DNA of 52,323 nt from an uncultured Chitinophagaceae bacterium. GTDB lineage: Bacteria; Planctomycetota; Planctomycetia; Pirellulales; UBA1268. The notes under the pieces were generated by a model. The model saw nothing but the letters and a program-made list of their open reading frames with translations. It did not search any database and had not been told where the DNA came from. The DNA is taken from NCBI GenBank assembly GCA_964585575.1, contig CAZPEM010000004.1, positions 1-52,323 on the forward strand, given 5' to 3'. Positions 45,962 to 52,323 of the stretch are shown one piece after another (the first letter of the stretch is position 1; every line of letters begins with the position of its first letter). A program made the position numbers and the translations under genes.

Positions 45962-47818
45962 TCAGGCGTCGGCCTTCTTGCGGCTTTCCCGCTTCCGGTC
46001 GTGCTCGGAAAGCAGGATCTTCCGGAGCCGGACGACGTCGGGCGTGACCTCAACGAGCTCGTCGTCCTCGATGTACTCGAGCGCCTCCTCGAGCGACATC
46101 CGCCGCGGCGGCTTGAGAAGGATGTTGCGGTCGCTGCCGCTCGCCCGCATGTTCGTGAGTTTCTTTTCCTTCGTGGGGTTCACGATCATGTCGTCGCTGC
46201 GGGCGTTCTCGCCGACGATCATCCCCTCGTAGACCTCGTCGCCGGGGCCGATGAACAGCTCCGACCGCTCCTGGAGGCCGTCGAGCCCGAAGGCGACCGC
46301 CTTGCCCGCCACCATCGAGATGAGCACGCCGTTGGCACGGCCGGCCATCTCCCCCTCGACGGGCCGCCAGGCCTCGAACCGATGGTGCATGATCGCGGTG
46401 CCCTGGGTCGCGTTGAGCACCCGGGTCCGCAGGCCGATCAGTCCGCGGGCGGGAATCGAAAAGACGGCATGGGCGAACTCGCCCCGCGAGCCCATGTGGA
46501 CGAGCTGGCCCCGCCGCGATCCCGTCAGCTCCATCACGGGACCGAGCTTCTCGTTCGGCACCTCGACGACGAGCGTCTCGAACGGCTCGAGCACCGTGTC
46601 GCCCTCGCGACGGAGGATCACCCGCGGCTTCCCGACGGAGAGCTCGTAGCCCTCGCGGCGCATCGTCTCGATCAGCACGGAAAGATGCAGCAGGCCGCGG
46701 CCGCTCACGGAGAACTGCTCCGAGCCCTCGATCGACTCCACCCGCAGCGCCACGTTCCGCTCGAGCTCCTTCATGAGCCGGTCGCGGAGGTGCCGCGTCG
46801 TCACGAACTTGCCGCTCTTGCCCGCAAACGGCGAGGTGTTCACACCGAAGACCATCCGCAGCGTCGGCTCGTCCACCGTGAGCCGCTGGAGCGGCCGCGG
46901 GTCGTTGGGATCGCAGATCGTGTCGCCGATCTCGACCCCCTCGATCCCGAAGATGGCGGCGATGTCGCCCGCCGCGGCCTCCTCCGCATCGACCCGGCCG
47001 AGCTTGTCGAACACCTGGAGGCCGACCACCTTCGCCGCCTCGAGCCGTCCGTCGGCGGTCGAGCGGATCACGGGCATGCCCTTGCGGATCGACCCCGACT
47101 CGATCCGGCCGATGGCGATCCGGCCCACGTAGTCGGACCAGTCGAGCGTGGTCACGAGCATCTGCAGCGGGCCATCCTTGGCGACCGGGGGGCCGGGGAT
47201 CACCCCGATCATGAGGTCGAGCAGGGGTTCCATCGTGCCGCTGCGGACCTCGGGGTCCTCCGAGGCGAATCCGTGGCGGGCCGAGGCGTAGACGTAGGGA
47301 AAATCGGCGATCGAGTCCTCGGCGCCGAGCTCCAGGAAGAGGTCGAGAATCTCGTCCACCACCTCGATCGGCCGCGCGTCGGGCCGGTCGATCTTGTTGA
47401 TCACGACCACCGGCTTGAGCCCCGACTCGAGGGCCTTCGAGAGCACGAACCGGGTCTGGGGCATGGGACCCTCGGCCGCGTCGACGAGCACGAGGCAGCC
47501 GTCGGCCATGCGGAGTACCCGCTCCACCTCGCCGCCGAAATCGGCGTGTCCCGGGGTGTCGATGAGGTTGATCTTCACCCCCTTCCACTCGAGCGCGATG
47601 TTCTTCGCGAGAATCGTGATTCCACGCTCCCGCTCGAGGTCGTTGGAGTCGAGGATCCGCTCACCGGAGAGCTGGCTGTCGCGGTACTGGCCGCTCTGCC
47701 GCAGGAGGCAGTCGACGAGCGTCGTCTTGCCGTGGTCGACGTGCGCGATGATCGCGACGTTGCGGATGTCGGAGCGGCGGGAGAGGCCGGGGGCGGGGCG
47801 GACTTGCGTGGCGTTCAT
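45962..47818 (-). CDS. typA: Translational GTPase TypA/BipA
   Basis: IAHVDHGKTT, ERERGITILAK, DTPGHADFGGEVER, NKID, GDEVYEGM, KKLTNMRA. Confidence 0.98.
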   Translation of the reverse strand: MNATQVRPAPGLSRRSDIRNVAIIAHVDHGKTTLVDCLLRQSGQYRDSQLSGERILDSNDLERERGITILAKNIALEWKGVKINLIDTPGHADFGGEVERVLRMADGCLVLVDAAEGPMPQTRFVLSKALESGLKPVVVINKIDRPDARPIEVVDEILDLFLELGAEDSIADFPYVYASARHGFASEDPEVRSGTMEPLLDLMIGVIPGPPVAKDGPLQMLVTTLDWSDYVGRIAIGRIESGSIRKGMPVIRSTADGRLEAAKVVGLQVFDKLGRVDAEEAAAGDIAAIFGIEGVEIGDTICDPNDPRPLQRLTVDEPTLRMVFGVNTSPFAGKSGKFVTTRHLRDRLMKELERNVALRVESIEGSEQFSVSGRGLLHLSVLIETMRREGYELSVGKPRVILRREGDTVLEPFETLVVEVPNEKLGPVMELTGSRRGQLVHMGSRGEFAHAVFSIPARGLIGLRTRVLNATQGTAIMHHRFEAWRPVEGEMAGRANGVLISMVAGKAVAFGLDGLQERSELFIGPGDEVYEGMIVGENARSDDMIVNPTKEKKLTNMRASGSDRNILLKPPRRMSLEEALEYIEDDELVEVTPDVVRLRKILLSEHDRKRESRKKADA

Positions 47819-47830
47819 GCGGGAGCGGCA

Positions 47831-48331
47831 TTATTCCGGTCCGGGTGGCGGATCGTCCAGTCGTGTCGCTGAACCGGCGGCTTCATCGCGGCTTTCCCGC
47901 AGGACGGCGTCGAGCCTGGCGATCAGCCGACGGGCCGTGTCCCCCTCGCGGATCGTCGTCGTCGCCACGCGGACGGCCGGGTTTCGGGATGGATGGACGA
48001 GTGCGGCGGCGAACCGCTCCGCCATCGCCGCGTGCCGCGGCCGAAAGACCACGAGAAACTCGTCGCCACCAAGCCGGCCGACGAGAGCGACTCCCCGGGA
48101 GAGCCTCACGAGCCTCCTCGCCACCTTCAGGATGAGCTCGTCGCCGGCAAGGAAGCCCCGCGACTGGTTGACCGCCTTGAGCCCGACGACGTCCACGAGG
48201 ACGACCTTGTCTCCCCTCGGAACGACGCGGCCACCGATCCGGCGGCCACACCGCCTGTTCAGACTTCTTTCCAGCCGCCCTCTCGAGGGGAGGCTGGTGA
48301 GCGAATCCCGAAGATCGTCATTTCGAGCCAT
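47831..48331 (-). CDS. Standalone divergent GGDEF-domain protein
   Basis: DSLTSLPSR, LVDVVGLKAVN, AGDELI, GRLGGDEF; start at 48331 or 48346, just after tRNA-Ala. Confidence 0.8.
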   Translation of the reverse strand: MARNDDLRDSLTSLPSRGRLERSLNRRCGRRIGGRVVPRGDKVVLVDVVGLKAVNQSRGFLAGDELILKVARRLVRLSRGVALVGRLGGDEFLVVFRPRHAAMAERFAAALVHPSRNPAVRVATTTIREGDTARRLIARLDAVLRESRDEAAGSATRLDDPPPGPE

Positions 48332-48359
48332 GCTGGCAGGGCCCATGCAGTCTGGGCCA

Positions 48360-48433
<74 letters not shown>

Positions 48434-48478
48434 CGAATCTCGCGGGCGGTTTCGTCCGCCACCCGCGAGAAGCTGGAA

Positions 48479-48552
48479 TGCGCGCGCCAAGATTCGAACT
48501 TGGGACCTCTACCTTATCAGGGTAGCGCTCTAACCAACTGAGCTACGCGCGC
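48479..48552 (-). tRNA. tRNA-Ile(GAT)
   Basis: GCGCGCG/CGCGCGC acceptor, TAGCTCAGTTGGTTAGAGC D-arm, CTACC-CTGATAA-GGTAG anticodon arm, GTTCGAATC. Confidence 0.96.
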
Positions 48553-48602
48553 CCGCGCATGACCGTCCGCCGGCGCGGTCCAGACCGAGCCAACAAGCCT
48601 GA

Positions 48603-48630
48603 AGTGTAGGCGGGAAACCGCGGATTTCAA
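48603..48630 (-). promoter_or_regulatory. Putative sigma70 promoter of tRNA-Ile/tRNA-Ala
   Basis: TTGAAA-16 nt-TACACT, about 50 nt upstream of tRNA-Ile. Confidence 0.65.
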
Positions 48631-48762
48631 CAGAGCCGCACGCTCGGTCGAATCTGGCGCTGGCGCATTCGGGGGGGCCGCAGTAAGTTGGTGTGGTGGC
48701 GGGCCGACCGGAGCGGTCGGCCCGGCGGTTTCTCCAGGCACGATCTCGAAGGGAGTCGAGTG

Positions 48763-50679
48763 ATGCGCGGCGAGCAGGGAGTCGACAGGTTCGGGTTTTC
48801 ATGGATGGGAGTCGCGGCGGTCGCCGTGGCGGCATGCACGTGGCTCGACGTGGCGGTCGCGCAGCCGACGGTGGAATACGCGCTCGGTCTGGCTCCCGTG
48901 CAGAAGGGGGTCGCCTACACGCGGGTGAAGCCCGAGGAAGCCGCGAAGGTCACCCTCAAGATGGAGAAGGACGCCGGCGGATCGGCCTGGGTCGTCCGCG
49001 GCCCGGCTGGTGAAAAGCTGCGATCGTTCGCCGACACCGACGGCGACCGCACCGTCGACCGTTGGAGCTATTTTCGAGACGGCATCGAGATCTACCGCGA
49101 CATCGACTCCAACCGCAATGCCAAGCCCGACCAGTCACGGTGGCTCGGTGGCGACGGAATGCGCTGGGGCATCGACGAGGACGAAAACGGCACGATCGAT
49201 CGTTGGAAGGCGATCTCCGCGGAGGAGGCGACGGCGCAGGTCGTGGAGGCGATCTCGGGTCGCGATGCGGCGGTGTTCCAGATGCTGCTTCCGACGCCGA
49301 AGGATCTCGAACTTGCGGGATTCGCCGGCGAGAGGCTCGATGAGCTGACGAAGCGGGTGGCGAAGGCACGGGACTCGTTTGCGAAGGTCGTCGCAGCGGC
49401 AACGCTGCCCGCGGGCAAGATGTCGTGGAGCAGCATGCTCGCGTCGGGCCAGCCGGGGGTGATGCCGGCGGACGGCGTGGGGCTCGCGAGGGACGTCACG
49501 ATCTACGACACGGTGATGGCGCTCGTCGATGTCGACGGCAAAAGCGGCCAGGTGTACGTGGGGCCGCTCGTGAAGTGCGGCGACTCCTGGCGGCCGCTCG
49601 ACGCGCCGCAGATCCCTGGCTCGAAGGGGGAGATTGCCGACGCCGGCGGCTTCTTCTCTCGTTCGCCGGCTGCCGCCGCCCAGCCCGACGCCGATGCCAC
49701 CAGCGACTCCCTGCGGCCGCTTTTGGCGAGCCTGCGGGAGCTGGAGGAGAAGCTTTCGGCCGCCACCGAACCCAAGGAGCGGGCCGGGCTCGTGGTGAAG
49801 CAGGTGGAGGTTCTGGGGCGGGTCGTGGAGGCCGCGCAGGCCGAGGAGAAGGCTTTCTGGGTAAAGCAGTTGGCCGAGACGCTGTCGGCCGCCGTGCAGG
49901 AAAAGGCCCTGGACGACGGTATCGCGAGGCTCGAAAAGCTCGCCGCGGGGCTGTCGGCGGAGCCGCCGCTCGAGGCGTACGTGCTCTTCCGGCTGGCCTC
50001 GGCGAGGTACGCCTGGAACATGCAGCAGAAGGGGGCCGACGTCGACAAGGTGCAGGCGGCCTGGCTCGAGGAGTTGCGACAGTTCGTGGAGAAGCACCCG
50101 ACCGCCCCCGACGCGGCCGAGGCGCTTCTGCAGATGGGCATCGCCGAGGAGTTCTCCGACCGCGAGAAGGAGGCGATCGAGCGGTACGGTCGGATCGTGA
50201 AGGATTTTCCCGAGTCGAACGCCGGTCGGAAGGCCCGCGGCGCGATCCGCAGGCTCGAGAGCGTGGGGCAGCCGCTGGCCCTCGAGGGCAAGACCACCGA
50301 CGGCAGGCCGCTCTCGATCCGGAGCCTCGAGGGAAGGCCGGTGCTCGTCCATTACTGGGCGACCTGGTGCGAGCCGTGCAAGGTCGACATGGCACGGATC
50401 CGCGAACTCCACGAAAAGTACGGGCCAAAGAGGCTGGCCGTCGTCGGGATCGCGCTCGACGGGGATCGCAAGCAGCTGTCCGGGTACCTCGCGAGCAAGC
50501 CGCTCCCGTGGCCGTGTCTCCATGAAGCGGGCGGGCTGGATGGGCGGCTGGCCGAGGAGTTCGGCGTGCTCACGCTGCCGACCATGATTCTCGTCGGCGC
50601 CGACGGAAAGGTGGTCGATCGAAACGTGTCGATCGCGGACCTGGAGAAAAAAATCGAGGAGGCGCTCGGGGCGAAATAG
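48763..50679 (+). CDS. Exported protein with TPR-like region and C-terminal TlpA-like thioredoxin domain
   Basis: Signal-like N-terminus, Dx(D/N)xxG-like repeats, helical repeats, YWATWCEPC, and the cis-Pro motif LTLPT. Confidence 0.85.
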   Translation: MRGEQGVDRFGFSWMGVAAVAVAACTWLDVAVAQPTVEYALGLAPVQKGVAYTRVKPEEAAKVTLKMEKDAGGSAWVVRGPAGEKLRSFADTDGDRTVDRWSYFRDGIEIYRDIDSNRNAKPDQSRWLGGDGMRWGIDEDENGTIDRWKAISAEEATAQVVEAISGRDAAVFQMLLPTPKDLELAGFAGERLDELTKRVAKARDSFAKVVAAATLPAGKMSWSSMLASGQPGVMPADGVGLARDVTIYDTVMALVDVDGKSGQVYVGPLVKCGDSWRPLDAPQIPGSKGEIADAGGFFSRSPAAAAQPDADATSDSLRPLLASLRELEEKLSAATEPKERAGLVVKQVEVLGRVVEAAQAEEKAFWVKQLAETLSAAVQEKALDDGIARLEKLAAGLSAEPPLEAYVLFRLASARYAWNMQQKGADVDKVQAAWLEELRQFVEKHPTAPDAAEALLQMGIAEEFSDREKEAIERYGRIVKDFPESNAGRKARGAIRRLESVGQPLALEGKTTDGRPLSIRSLEGRPVLVHYWATWCEPCKVDMARIRELHEKYGPKRLAVVGIALDGDRKQLSGYLASKPLPWPCLHEAGGLDGRLAEEFGVLTLPTMILVGADGKVVDRNVSIADLEKKIEEALGAK

Positions 50680-50793
50680 GAGGCGTTCGGAGGGCGTCCA
50701 GGGCCGGCAGACTGGCTTTGCGGTGGTCGCCGCGTCCTGTTATCGATCCCGATGTCACCTGGAATCGATCTCGAGCCACCTGTCGGGTCCGCC

Positions 50794-51090
50794 ATGCCTG
50801 CGCTTCTCCCCGTGTTCGCCGCCGTGAATCCCCTGCTCTGCGGTCTGGGGCTCGTTCATGCCACCGCCATCGTCATGGCCTTGGCGACGCGGCTGGTCGA
50901 TGGCACGAGGTATGCCGCGGTAGCCCAGGCTTCGTTCTTCATCCTGCTTGGCGTGGTGGGGATCCTCTGCGGCGCTTCGCTGAGGCTTGGCCCGGGGGCG
51001 AGCGTGTTTTCCGCGACGTCGCTCGCGGTCATGACGCTGGTTGCCGTCGCCGACTTCCGTCGTCCGGGTGATTCGGGCCGAGTCGCCTGA
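50794..51090 (+). CDS. Small membrane protein (about 3 TM), unknown function
   Basis: Hydrophobic 98-aa ORF in the gap between two + strand genes. Confidence 0.6.
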   Translation: MPALLPVFAAVNPLLCGLGLVHATAIVMALATRLVDGTRYAAVAQASFFILLGVVGILCGASLRLGPGASVFSATSLAVMTLVAVADFRRPGDSGRVA

Positions 51091-51260
51091 ATTGCCCGCC
51101 TTGCGCCGATTCACGTGGTTCGGTCCAAACGACCCGCGGAATCGAAAAAACTGCCCGCCGGCCGCCCCTTCTGTCGATACAACCGCCAGCGCCGGTGCCG
51201 GCGCGTCAGGAACAGGTTTGAAAACTCATCCGTCGTGCAACGGATCGAAGGGAGCGCTTC

Positions 51261-52323
51261 ATGACCATCAGCAATCGCAGATTGATGGCCGCGTTGTTCG
51301 CCGCGTCGATGTTCGTCCCCAGCGTGGGGCGGGCGGAGGATTTGGCGGCCCGCGTGGCGACGAAACTCAAGGACTCCGGCGCCATGTCCGGCTACCGCGT
51401 GTCGGTGCGGTCCGAGGACAAGACGATCTTTCTGGAAGGATCGGTCGGCACGCCGCAGCAGATTGAGATGGCCGTCATCACGGCCGAAAACACCTCGGGC
51501 GTCGAGCGGGTCGTGAACAGGCTCACGGTGGTCCCCCCGGCCCAGTCTTCGGGCAAGCCCAAGCCGGCGACCGGTTCGGCGTTCGGTCTCTCGCTGCCGT
51601 CGTCGATGATGACGCTCTTCAGTGCGCCCGTGACGGAGGACAAGCCGGCGGACCCGCGGGTGCAGCTCGCGCAGGCGACCGAGACCGACTCGACGGGCAC
51701 CGACGCCGAAGCGAGGCCGGAGCCGGCGGTCAAGCCCGCGCAGCCCGCGAGAAAGGCTCCCGCTCAGGTCGTCCAGGCCCGGAAGCCCCGGCCGCTCGGA
51801 ACGCCCGTGGCTCGGCCGATGGCCCAGCAGCCCATGAAGCGGCAGGGAAGGAACCCGATTGCCCGAACGAGCGGCATGGCGCCCCAAGGCGAGCCGATGA
51901 TCGTCAGCGACGTCGTGGTGGGGGAGCCATCGCCGATGCCGCACGGCGGTGCGGTGGGCGACGGGCAGATCGTGCCCGGCTCGGAGCGGATCATCGGCGA
52001 CTCGGGTGCCCGCGGCTATGCCGGGCCCCCTGGCGGCGGCTATGCCGGTGCCCCTGGCGGCGGCTATGCCGGCGGTCGCATGGGACGGCCGCTGCCAATG
52101 GGGGCTGGCGGTGCCGGCATGCCGGTGGCGTCGGTGCGTGGCGAGGGGCCCAACATGCCCAACTACGCCTGGCCCAGCTACGCCGCTTCGCCGAACTACG
52201 CCGCCCTCCAGTACCCCACGCAGTACTCCCCGACTGCCTGGCCCTACATCGGACCGTTCTATCCCTATCCGCAGGTGCCGCTCGGCTGGCGGCGGGTGTC
52301 GCTCGAGTGGGATGACGGCTGGT
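51261..52323 (+). CDS. Planctomycete BON-domain protein, 3' truncated
   Basis: AGGGAG RBS, signal peptide, BON domain (IFLEGSV...GVERVVNRLTV), Pro/Gly linker, aromatic tail PNYAWPSYA...YPYPQVPLGWRRVSLEWDDGW. The frame is open to the window end, so it is absent from the ORF track. Confidence 0.85.
   Translation, partial: MTISNRRLMAALFAASMFVPSVGRAEDLAARVATKLKDSGAMSGYRVSVRSEDKTIFLEGSVGTPQQIEMAVITAENTSGVERVVNRLTVVPPAQSSGKPKPATGSAFGLSLPSSMMTLFSAPVTEDKPADPRVQLAQATETDSTGTDAEARPEPAVKPAQPARKAPAQVVQARKPRPLGTPVARPMAQQPMKRQGRNPIARTSGMAPQGEPMIVSDVVVGEPSPMPHGGAVGDGQIVPGSERIIGDSGARGYAGPPGGGYAGAPGGGYAGGRMGRPLPMGAGGAGMPVASVRGEGPNMPNYAWPSYAASPNYAALQYPTQYSPTAWPYIGPFYPYPQVPLGWRRVSLEWDDGW
52014..52072 (+). repeat. 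24-bp tandem repeat (about 2.5 units) in the BON gene
   Basis: GGCTATGCCGG(GC/TG)CCCCTGGCGGC, encoding GYAGPPGG GYAGAPGG GYAG. Confidence 0.9.

Overview
High-GC bacterial chromosome segment, almost certainly Planctomycetota (Pirellulales-like). The basis is a DUF1501 plus PSCyt/PSD1 (DUF1549/DUF1553) gene pair, an aroDE fusion, planctomycete-type BON and redoxin proteins, and a tRNA-Ile/tRNA-Ala pair with no rRNA genes. Most of the window is housekeeping: dnaE2 (5' partial), purC, aroC, a desaturase, rpsO-pnp-HK-sigma54 regulator-mutL-aroDE-aroK-prepilin peptidase-OmpA/MotB-hisH-hisA-cysE, a complete F1Fo atp operon, corA, tRNA-Gln, uvrB/comEA, nadC, rpsU and typA. Accessory or unusual parts are a decayed AbiEi-like antitoxin remnant abutting the DUF1501/cytochrome c cassette, a 1745-aa pseudokinase-NTPase-GAF-PAS-histidine kinase, and a standalone GGDEF gene directly behind the tRNA pair. 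There are also several short tandem duplications, apparent leaderless promoters, and ATP synthase subunits with signal-peptide-like or His-rich additions. I found no CRISPR array, intact mobile element or clearly new multi-gene system. All family calls come from motif recognition by eye, not database searches.
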